IMG/VR virus record: IMGVR_UViG_3300037264_008423
Coordinates: 124,001-188,000 of that record
Length of the DNA: 64,000 nucleotides
Strand: one strand, 5' to 3'
A program made the position numbers and the translations under genes. Shown piece by piece: positions 55,345-62,102 of the stretch. The notes under the pieces were generated by a model. The model was given only the letters and a program-made list of their open reading frames with translations. It had not been told where the DNA came from and made no database searches. Within the stretch, counting starts at the first letter, position 1; every line of letters begins with the position of its first letter.

Positions 55345-56585
55345 TGCGCGCTTGGGAAATCATCGAGGCCATCGACGACCCCAGCGGCCTGATCCACCCG
55401 GAAAAGCATCAGGCCATCGGCGGTCGCACCCACCCGCTGGGCAGGCACCCCGCTTACCCGGAGCACACGCCTGGACCCGAGGAGCGCACGACCAACTACG
55501 AGGAAGTGCTGGCCAGCCGTCAATGGCAGAAGATTTTGCAAAAGGGCCAGCGTTACCTGGGGGTTCCCTTGACGCGGCAAGCGTTGCCGGTTATCCAGCG
55601 CAAGCTGATCCAGGCCATGCAGTTGATTGCCCAGGCGGAGGCCGAGCATAAGGAGGAGCTGGAAGCCCTGGCCATCGAGCTGGTGTTCGAGCTGCCGGAG
55701 TTTAAAAGCGCCCGGCAAGCGTATGAGTCCAACCAGATTGTCATTGACGCTCAACTGACCGATGAACCCAGTCTGGAGGGGACCCTGACGAGCGACGAGC
55801 CGGAGGCTCAGGCTCCCCTGCACCAAGAGCGAACGCCTGCTGAAAAAGAGTGGATCAACAAGATGATCCAGCGGCGGCACTTTACCAACGCCATGATCCA
55901 AGGCTCCGCTGTCTCCAACAACTACCTGTTCGAGTTGGCTGGGCAAGCCCTGGACCGCATTCATCCTCAACTGCGCCAAGCCTATGGCACGCTCATGGTC
56001 GCCACGGAGACCGGCTACTGGATGTTCCCGCAAAGCGCCGTCATTCAAGGGGCGCGCGCTCAAACTCAGGTAGGTTCCACCAAAGTGGATTTTACGGACG
56101 AGCAGGAAATGGACCAGGACGAGCCGGAGGCTACCCCCGCCCAGCGCCGACCTAAAGTAAGCGCCCAGGCGCTTCATTTTCCCGTTTTGATTCAGGAAAT
56201 CATCAAAGGCTTGACGGAATTAGCCTCGCTGCCCAGCCTGCCGCGTGACCCGGATGAACGCCAGGAAGTCATGAACAAAGCCGACCTGGTGGACATGGAG
56301 GCGTGGCACATGATCCTGGGTCCACAGCTTTGGGACCAGTTCGTGGCCGCTACGGACGCCGAAAACGAGCGCGAGCTGACTTTTCACCTTTATCGCTATA
56401 TCCAACAGATGGATGTGGACCAGTTCAACTCTTTCATGCGCGAAATCTACGCCAAGACACCCAGGGGCATCCAATTGTTGCGCCAACTGGCGCAGCGGGT
56501 AAAGGCGGATCTACAGGCGTACGAGGAGGGCCAGGCAGGCATGGGTGAGTCCGTGCGCTGGCTGATTCGCGCGCTCATTGATTAA
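55344..56585 (+). CDS. Hypothetical large-phage protein, probably virion-associated
   Basis: 413 aa; E..HKEELE.LAIELV, RRHFTNAMIQG, FPVLIQEIIKG, GPQLW. Confidence 0.8.
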   Translation: MRAWEIIEAIDDPSGLIHPEKHQAIGGRTHPLGRHPAYPEHTPGPEERTTNYEEVLASRQWQKILQKGQRYLGVPLTRQALPVIQRKLIQAMQLIAQAEAEHKEELEALAIELVFELPEFKSARQAYESNQIVIDAQLTDEPSLEGTLTSDEPEAQAPLHQERTPAEKEWINKMIQRRHFTNAMIQGSAVSNNYLFELAGQALDRIHPQLRQAYGTLMVATETGYWMFPQSAVIQGARAQTQVGSTKVDFTDEQEMDQDEPEATPAQRRPKVSAQALHFPVLIQEIIKGLTELASLPSLPRDPDERQEVMNKADLVDMEAWHMILGPQLWDQFVAATDAENERELTFHLYRYIQQMDVDQFNSFMREIYAKTPRGIQLLRQLAQRVKADLQAYEEGQAGMGESVRWLIRALID

Positions 56586-56980
56586 ACTTTGACCTCCACT
56601 ACCGCGCCACAGTGTTCGCATTTGTAGCGCATTTCCGTTTTACCGTTCGCCGATTGCACGCGGGTCGCCGCGCTCTTAATGCTTTTCCGGCACGCGCCGC
56701 AAAGCAGGACAAAATCCGCAGGAATTTCCGGCTGCGGCTTGGGGGGTGGGGCCGGGCTGGGTTCCGGTTCTAGCGGGGGTAGGACTTGAGCGGCGGGAGC
56801 ATTAATCGAAATCGAGGAAGTGGTGACAGGCTCAGCCGGGTTCATCCAGACATGTGTCTGCGTCGCGGACCGGCTGCCCCGCACGAAGTCGTAAGCCAAT
56901 TTTAGCAGGACCACGGTCAAGGTCAATAGCCAGGCTGCGCCGCAGATCCAAAAAGTTTGAGCGCAAATATTTTTAAGCAT
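56582..56980 (-). CDS. Membrane-anchored zinc-ribbon protein
   Basis: N-terminal TM, Pro-rich linker, CGAC...CEHC. Confidence 0.7.
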   Translation of the reverse strand: MLKNICAQTFWICGAAWLLTLTVVLLKLAYDFVRGSRSATQTHVWMNPAEPVTTSSISINAPAAQVLPPLEPEPSPAPPPKPQPEIPADFVLLCGACRKSIKSAATRVQSANGKTEMRYKCEHCGAVVEVKV

Positions 56981-57021
56981 AATTATTTTTGTTTACAAAT
57001 TCTACCCCATGCATCATCTTA

Positions 57022-59109
57022 ATGGAAAGAACCGAATATATGACCATAACTGACGCCCAACGGATCGTGGCTCTTAGAACTGAACTCACTGACCACGCCT
57101 ATCGCTATTACATCGCCAACTCGCCTTTTATTTCCGATGACGAGTATGACCTGAAGTTTAAACAGCTCGTGGAAATGGAGAATCAGCACCCCGAAATGTT
57201 CGACCCCAATTCGCCCACTCAGCGCGTTGGTTCGCCAATTCCCGGAGAGCAGCGCAAAATGCATCACCGGGTGCGTATGCTGTCGCTGGATAACACGAAC
57301 AGTCTTGACGAAGCGATGGATTTTCTGTCGGGTCAAGAGGGGAGAGAAGTGACTTTGGAGATGAAAATTGACGGCCTGAGCCTGCACCTGGACTACGAAA
57401 AAGGCAGGCTGGTCCGCGCCATCACGCGCGGCGATGGATCGGATGGCCAGGACGTGACGGAAAACGCGCGCACCATCCATACCCTCCCCCTGGTGCTGCG
57501 CCGACCCGTGGACATTTCAGTGCGCGGCGAGGTTTATTGGAGTCTGACCCAGTTTGAAAAGTATAACACGACGGTCGCCGAGGGAGACCGGTTTGCCAAT
57601 CCGCGCAATGGGGCTTCCGGCAGTCTTCAGCTCAAGGATTCCAGGGAAGTGGCGCGCCGCCACTTGAGTTTTGTGGCCTACAGCGTCCCCACGGATCTTC
57701 CCCCAGCCGTTACCACCCAGGAGGCCCTGCTGGAATATCTGGAAAGCCTGGGATTTATCAGCACCATGACGCTGCCGGTGCGCGCGGACATGGCCGGGCT
57801 GCCCTACTTGACCAGCGTGATTCAGCGGGAGGAGTTAGAGCGCGCGATTGGGTTTCTGAAAGAGTATCGGGCAAGCTTGGACCTGGAGACCGATGGCCTG
57901 GTGATTAAGCTTTCCTCCCTGGCGCTTCAGCGCGATTTAGGCGAGGGCACGCGCGCGCCTAAATGGGCGGCGGCCTACAAATTTCCCCCGGAGAGCAAAG
58001 AGGCGCTGCTCCTGTCCATCGCTCCGCAACTAGGTCGAACGGGACAAATTACGCCCGTAGCTAAAATCGAACCTGTGACGCTGGATGGCGTGGTGGTTCA
58101 GAGCGTGTCCCTGTGCAATCAGGACGAACTGGACCGGCTGGGCATTGATATCGGCGACTATGTTCAGGTCCAGCGCAGCGGCAAAGTGATTCCCAAGATC
58201 GTGGGCCTGGCGCGGCCCTCTCCTTCCAAGTCCAGCCCCCATCAGAGTTTTCAACTTCCCAAAACCTGTCCGTGTTGCGCCACAACTTTGATCCGCCCCC
58301 AGGGCATGGTCCACCTATACTGCCCCAACCCGGACTGCCCGGATCAGGTTTACGCTCGCCTGGTTTACGCCCTGGGCAAAGAGGCGCTGGACATTGACGG
58401 TTGCGGGGACATTACCGTGCGCTTGCTGGTGGAAAAAGCAGGTGTGAAGAAACTGTCCGATCTGTTCGCTTTAACCGAGTTTGGATTCATTAAGGGCGCG
58501 GCCCAGCGCAAGCTGAAGGAGGGTATCGAGGCCGCCAAGAAAGCTCCGCTTTGGCGCAAGTTGGCGGCGCTCAGCATCGAAGAAGTGGGCAGGGTCAAGT
58601 GCCAGGACTTGGCCACTAAATTCAGCCAACCGGTGCCTGCGGATGAATTACAAAAAGAGGAGACGGCGGAAAAGCCGGAAGACCAGCTCAACCCCATCCT
58701 GCGCATGATGAACTACTCCGGGCAGGTCGAACGCCTGATCGGCGCATCAGCTAAAGACCAGCTTATCAACTATCTGTATGACCATATCGACGAGCTGGAG
58801 CGCCTGGCCGATCACGGTTTTATTTTCAGCGCGGACGCCCGGTCTGCCGGTCCGCTCAGTGGCAAGACTTTTTGCATCACGGGCACGCTCATGAGCGGCA
58901 AGCGGGATGAAGTTAGCGCCTTGATCGAGAAGCTAGGCGGTGTGGTCAAGGGCGAGGTCACCAAGAACGTCGGGTTTTTAATTCAGGGGATGGGCGGGGG
59001 CAATAAAAAGGCGGCAGGCGCGCTCAAACACGGCACCCGGACGATCACTGAGGAGGAACTTTATCAGATGATGGGTGTCCCTATGCCGATCATGGGAAAA
59101 ATTGAGTAA
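57022..59109 (+). CDS. ligA: NAD-dependent DNA ligase
   Basis: YRYY, MLSLDN, EMKIDG, TRGDG, RGE, NPRN, DGLVIK, GRTG.ITPVA, Zn finger, C-terminal BRCT. Confidence 0.97.
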   Translation: MERTEYMTITDAQRIVALRTELTDHAYRYYIANSPFISDDEYDLKFKQLVEMENQHPEMFDPNSPTQRVGSPIPGEQRKMHHRVRMLSLDNTNSLDEAMDFLSGQEGREVTLEMKIDGLSLHLDYEKGRLVRAITRGDGSDGQDVTENARTIHTLPLVLRRPVDISVRGEVYWSLTQFEKYNTTVAEGDRFANPRNGASGSLQLKDSREVARRHLSFVAYSVPTDLPPAVTTQEALLEYLESLGFISTMTLPVRADMAGLPYLTSVIQREELERAIGFLKEYRASLDLETDGLVIKLSSLALQRDLGEGTRAPKWAAAYKFPPESKEALLLSIAPQLGRTGQITPVAKIEPVTLDGVVVQSVSLCNQDELDRLGIDIGDYVQVQRSGKVIPKIVGLARPSPSKSSPHQSFQLPKTCPCCATTLIRPQGMVHLYCPNPDCPDQVYARLVYALGKEALDIDGCGDITVRLLVEKAGVKKLSDLFALTEFGFIKGAAQRKLKEGIEAAKKAPLWRKLAALSIEEVGRVKCQDLATKFSQPVPADELQKEETAEKPEDQLNPILRMMNYSGQVERLIGASAKDQLINYLYDHIDELERLADHGFIFSADARSAGPLSGKTFCITGTLMSGKRDEVSALIEKLGGVVKGEVTKNVGFLIQGMGGGNKKAAGALKHGTRTITEEELYQMMGVPMPIMGKIE

Positions 59110-59169
59110 GCTGTAAAGGGTTGGCTGGCATGACTTTGCGTTGTCCGTAAAAATATTTTCATTTTTAAT

Positions 59170-59198
59170 TTGCATTGTTTACGAAAATAATTTAGTTT
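59170..59198 (+). promoter_or_regulatory. Sigma70-like promoter of the tRNA-array leader
   Basis: TTGCAT-N17-TAGTTT with AT-rich upstream sequence; 10 nt before ATG 59209. Confidence 0.55.
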
Positions 59199-59208
59199 CT
59201 GCTTGTCA

Positions 59209-59397
59209 ATGAGACGTAATGTCTTTACGGTGAAAGTGCAAATCAGAATGAACTTAGAGCGTCACATGTCAGTCAATTTAAAACCCGCCAATTCGGGACG
59301 GCATTATGCTGCCCTGATTCAAGGGTGGGATAGTGCCGCCGTGTTGTGCTTTAGCGCCCGTAGCACACGCGAACCAGGTCAGGAGGTAGCAGGATAG
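59209..59397 (+). CDS. Putative attenuator leader peptide (62 aa; alternative start 59248)
   Basis: Last codons GAG GTA GCA GGA TAG coincide with the antiterminator strand; contains all 20 amino acids. Confidence 0.55.
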   Translation: MRRNVFTVKVQIRMNLERHMSVNLKPANSGRHYAALIQGWDSAAVLCFSARSTREPGQEVAG

Positions 59398-59460
59398 GGT
59401 CGCACTCCAAAGAATTTTCATCCTGCTACCTCGAAAGAAGTCAGCAGGATTTTTCATTTT
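59383..59460 (+). promoter_or_regulatory. Antiterminator/terminator switch
   Basis: 59383-59395 pairs perfectly (13 bp) with 59420-59432; alternatively 59420-59450 forms a GAAA-capped hairpin followed by TTTTCATTTT. Confidence 0.75.
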
Positions 59461-59570
59461 ATGCCCCAGTGGGGACGAGAGCCAGGCCGTTAATCTGGTA
59501 AACGCCACAGTTAAAGACCCGTGGGTTCAACTCAGACTTGAGATCGTAGGTGTGTGTTCTTTGTTGAAAG

Positions 59571-59621
59571 GCCCCACGGCCTGTAGCCGCAAGCCGGTGA
59601 CCGCCGTGGGGCTTTTATTTT
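59571..59621 (+). terminator. Second terminator-like hairpin
   Basis: GCCCCACGGC-N22-GCCGTGGGGC followed by TTTTATTTT. Confidence 0.55.
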
Positions 59622-59696
59622 AAACCGTATTTAGAGAAAGAAAATTATGCCGACGCGCCAAGCCGAATCACAGAAGATCGCAGCCGCCGCGCGCAC

Positions 59697-59770
59697 GCGG
59701 GTATGGTCTAACAGCAGAACGAGGCGGTGCCAGCGCTTAGGTGGGGGTGCGATTCCCCCTACCCGCTCCA
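59697..59770 (+). tRNA. tRNA-Gly(GCC)
   Basis: GCGGGTA/TACCCGC acceptor, U73, CCA; anticodon loop GTGCCAG; T-loop TGCGATT. Confidence 0.9.
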
Positions 59771-59779
59771 AATTTAGAA

Positions 59780-59850
59780 TGCTACCGGTCTCAACGGTGA
59801 CGTGATTCAGACCACTGAGTCATCCGAGTTCTATCCTCGGCGGCTGCACC
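59780..59850 (+). pseudogene. tRNA-like element or degenerate tRNA
   Basis: T-arm CCGAG-TTCTATC-CTCGG, stem TGATTCAG/CTGAGTCA, imperfect acceptor stem. Confidence 0.35.
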
Positions 59851-59852
59851 GT

Positions 59853-59928
59853 GGGGGCGCATGTTCCGTAGCGGCGAGATTGCCTTGCAAGCAAACTGGG
59901 TCGGGTGCGACTCCCGTCACCTCCACCA
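59853..59928 (+). tRNA. tRNA-Ala(TGC)
   Basis: G3-U70, A73, CCA; loop CTTGCAA; T-loop TGCGACT; atypical D arm. Confidence 0.8.
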
Positions 59929-59934
59929 AATCTT

Positions 59935-59963
59935 TTGACAGATTTTTTTGCGCGCGGTAAGGT
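59935..59963 (+). promoter_or_regulatory. Sigma70-like promoter (leaderless)
   Basis: TTGACA-N17-TAAGGT, 5 nt before ATG 59969. Confidence 0.75.
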
Positions 59964-59968
59964 CAAGT

Positions 59969-60157
59969 ATGAAACGTAAACACTTTCTATATGGCCTGCT
60001 CGCAGGCGCGGCGTCCACTTTAATGCTGGTCTTGTTCCTAGGCGCGGCAGATCCCACTTGGCTGGACATCGCAAGCAGCCTGAAGCGGATCGCCCATTCC
60101 CTGGAGATGATCTCCGGCCAGCGGCCCGGTTGGAAAATTCCATACGCGGGTAAATGA
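59969..60157 (+). CDS. Small exported/membrane protein inside the tRNA array
   Basis: MKRKHFLYGLLAGAASTLMLVLFLGAA signal-like N-terminus. Confidence 0.7.
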   Translation: MKRKHFLYGLLAGAASTLMLVLFLGAADPTWLDIASSLKRIAHSLEMISGQRPGWKIPYAGK

Positions 60158-60162
60158 CCTTC

Positions 60163-60236
60163 GGGGCCATAGCTCAATAGCAGAGCGGGTCGTTCGCAAC
60201 GACTAGATCGGGGTGCGACTCCCCGTGGTTCCACCA
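60163..60236 (+). tRNA. tRNA-Ala(CGC)
   Basis: GGGGCCA/TGGTTCC, G3-U70, loop TTCGCAA, CCA. Confidence 0.9.
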
Positions 60237-60241
60237 GATTT

Positions 60242-60316
60242 CGGCTGCGTAGCTCAATAGCAGAGCGTGCGCGTCACATGCACAAGGAACCCGTGCGATT
60301 CGGGCGTGGCCGACCA
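60242..60316 (+). tRNA. tRNA-Val(CAC), apparent 8/4 fold
   Basis: CGGCTGCG/CGTGGCCG acceptor, CCCG/CGGG T-stem, loop GTCACAT, A73, CCA. Confidence 0.75.
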
Positions 60317-60332
60317 TTTTGTTCTAAAGCTT

Positions 60333-60776
60333 GTGATCAATAGTAAACAAATCAAAGCTGAATTAGCCGTCATAAAGGTGCAGGAAGCGGCACTTAAAAT
60401 GGGCCGGATATGCAGCAAACCTGTCATTGAAGGGACGCGCTACGATTTGATAGTTGATGACGGTAAGCGTCTTATGCGCGTTCAAGTCAAATACTGTGGT
60501 GGTTATTACGATGGCGTTGTTGCGGTTAAACTTAAAAGTTATGGTAGGCAGGGGGCAGACCGTAGCTATTGCGCCAGTGAAATCGACGCCGTTATAGCCT
60601 ATTCTGATGTGAATGACCGGCTTTATTGTCTGCCGATTACTATGCTAGCGGACAAAACAACCATCCGCTTGCGCCATGCTCGTCCTAGAAACAATCAAAA
60701 GCAGCGGATTTGGCAGGCAGAAGACTTTATATGGGGCTGTAGCTCAAATAGGCAGAGCAGCACGATGGCATCGTGA
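60333..60776 (+). CDS. PD-(D/E)XK homing-type endonuclease (group I intron-associated family)
   Basis: KAELAV, RYDLIVD, RVQVK, Y..SEID; GTG start 7 nt after GTTCT; 3' end overlaps tRNA-Ala(GGC). Confidence 0.85.
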   Translation: MINSKQIKAELAVIKVQEAALKMGRICSKPVIEGTRYDLIVDDGKRLMRVQVKYCGGYYDGVVAVKLKSYGRQGADRSYCASEIDAVIAYSDVNDRLYCLPITMLADKTTIRLRHARPRNNQKQRIWQAEDFIWGCSSNRQSSTMAS

Positions 60777-60809
60777 AGGTTGAGGGTGCGATTCCCTTCG
60801 GTTCCACCA
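60733..60809 (+). tRNA. tRNA-Ala(GGC)
   Basis: GGGGCTG/CGGTTCC, loop ATGGCAT, T-loop TGCGATT, ACCA. Confidence 0.85.
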
Positions 60810-60815
60810 ATTTTT

Positions 60816-61031
60816 GCCAATAAGCTGGGCGGTTGATCGAGACTTCCGTCTGGCCGAACGCGGTTACGATCAGCCGGGGGAACCGGTAAAACCTACGGCT
60901 GTTGGGAGCGAGGCTTGCCGAGCAGCAGGCCGCTTTGGCAGTATTTCACGGCACCCAACGTGGGACGGCGGCAGGCCGGTCGTGCGGTCTGTAAACGCGA
61001 CTCCGCCCGTCAGCGTAAAACAGGTGCCGTG
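60816..61031 (+). ncRNA. Structured ncRNA candidate (two multi-stem domains)
   Basis: CGGTTGATCG/CGATCAGCCG, GGCTTGC/GCAGGCC, CACGGCACC/GGTGCCGTG, CAGGCCG/CGGTCTG; lies between tRNAs. Confidence 0.55.
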
Positions 61032-61034
61032 TTT

Positions 61035-61110
61035 ACGGCAGTAGCTCAATTAGCAGAGCGGCGGTCTCCAAAACCGTTGGTTGGGGGTGCGAGTCCTCCC
61101 TGCCGTGCCA
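61035..61110 (+). tRNA. tRNA-Trp(CCA)
   Basis: ACGGCAG/CTGCCGT, loop CTCCAAA, G73, CCA. Confidence 0.92.
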
Positions 61111-61113
61111 TTT

Positions 61114-61353
61114 TTAGCGCGCGGGTTTTACTTTGCGCCGGGCGCGCGCCTTGCTTTTAGCAATGGGCGCTTGTTGGACATAACTCGGACACTTCGGGTT
61201 TTCGCAGTGACCGCCTTTTTTCACCAACCAGCCGCAAGCGCATTGGCTGAAGCAGTCACATTTTAAGAATCCCTGGGTGCCGCACGTGGGACAGACCACC
61301 GTGGCATCGATCAGGCGCTCAATGGCGCTCAAAGGTTTAGTTTGCATCGGCAT
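61114..61353 (-). CDS. Small Cys-rich protein antisense to the tRNA array
   Basis: CPTC..CDC..CACG..CENPKC. Confidence 0.6.
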   Translation of the reverse strand: MPMQTKPLSAIERLIDATVVCPTCGTQGFLKCDCFSQCACGWLVKKGGHCENPKCPSYVQQAPIAKSKARARRKVKPAR

Positions 61354-61378
61354 ACACTAAGTCATAGAATCAATTTTA

Positions 61379-61463
61379 CCCACAGTCCAGAAAGAGTGGA
61401 GGAAGGTCCCTACGCGCCACAGCGGAAGTAACGGGGCCAGGACCACAGTGGTTTGGACTGGGG
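61379..61463 (+). ncRNA. Rod-like hairpin RNA candidate
   Basis: CAGTCCAGA/TTTGGACTG, GTGG/CCAC, GGTCCC/GGGGCC nested stems with purine-rich internal loops. Confidence 0.45.
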
Positions 61464-61468
61464 TGAAC

Positions 61469-61556
61469 GGGCGTGTGACCGGAGCAGCAATCGGCACGGG
61501 CTGTAAACCCGTCGGCCTAAAAACCTACGCAGGTGCGAGTCCTGCCACGCCCCCCA
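61469..61556 (+). tRNA. tRNA-Tyr(GTA)
   Basis: GGGCGTG/CACGCCC, loop CTGTAAA, long variable arm, unusual C73, CCA. Confidence 0.88.
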
Positions 61557-61561
61557 TTTTA

Positions 61562-61650
61562 AGCGCCGTAGCTCAGAGGCAGAGCAAACCCAAAGCCTGT
61601 AACCAGGTGAGCGGTGGGGATGAGAGGTTCGAGTCCAATCCGGCGCACCA
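61562..61650 (+). ncRNA. tRNA-like RNA with expanded anticodon arm
   Basis: GCGCCG/CGGCGC-ACCA, canonical D arm and GGTTCGAGTCC, but a 24-nt insert in place of the anticodon loop. Confidence 0.6.
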
Positions 61651-61679
61651 TTCTTCCGTCTGGCGGTGTAATTAAAGGC

Positions 61680-62102
61680 ATGAACAGCAAGATTATCGGG
61701 GATATTTCCGAAGCATCCGTAATTGCGGCTCTTTTAAAATCGGGTTTGAACGTGTTAATGCCTTTCGGTGACAGGAACAGGTATGATATCGTGATTGAAC
61801 ATGACGGAAAATTTGAACGTGTGCAGATAAAAACAGGTAGGCAGCGCGGGAGAGTTATAGTCTATAATACACAGAGTTCAACTCGCGTTAACGGCAAACG
61901 GTGTGAATTAGGCTACCAAGGCCAAGTTGAAACTTTTGCGGTTTATCACCGTGAGCTGGATCGGGTCTATATGGTTCCTGTCGGTAAAGCAGCTACCGGT
62001 AAAGGGAGTTTGCGCTTGGGGCCTAAAGGCGGTTCTGGTGTAGGACCAAGATGCCTTTACGCTGATGACTATATTTTAAGGAGCGTTAGCTCAGTCCAGT
62101 AG
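61680..62102 (+). CDS. PD-(D/E)XK homing-type endonuclease (group I intron-associated family)
   Basis: GDISEA, PFGDRNRYDIVIE, RVQIKTG; GTAATTA 5 nt upstream; 3' end overlaps tRNA-Asp. Confidence 0.88.
   Translation: MNSKIIGDISEASVIAALLKSGLNVLMPFGDRNRYDIVIEHDGKFERVQIKTGRQRGRVIVYNTQSSTRVNGKRCELGYQGQVETFAVYHRELDRVYMVPVGKAATGKGSLRLGPKGGSGVGPRCLYADDYILRSVSSVQ

Noticed and set aside
59373-59392. ACCAGGTCAGG-AGGTAGCAG resembles SRP (4.5S) RNA domain IV
   Set aside because: It lacks the TCC-GGAA-GGA tetraloop hairpin and flanking helix, and the segment is better explained as leader-peptide codons and antiterminator strand
59462-59545. tRNA-Asn-like arm CCAGG-CCGTTAA-TCTGG and a GGTTCAACTC T-loop
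   Set aside because: No acceptor stem, D arm or CCA; at most a decayed remnant
59647-59805. ORF starting 13 nt after GTATTTA and running through tRNA-Gly
   Set aside because: It fully overlaps a well-formed tRNA and has no protein features; the motif more likely drives tRNA transcription
59853-59928. GGGGGCG...CTCCACCA ends resemble tmRNA
   Set aside because: Only 76 nt, with a TGC anticodon arm and no tag reading frame; called tRNA-Ala
61399-61409. GAGGAAGGTCC resembles the RNase P RNA conserved region I
   Set aside because: The element is under 100 nt and no partner P4 strand was found
60333-62102. Group I introns housing the PD-(D/E)XK endonucleases
   Set aside because: The flanking tRNAs are uninterrupted and there is no room for an intron core around the ORFs
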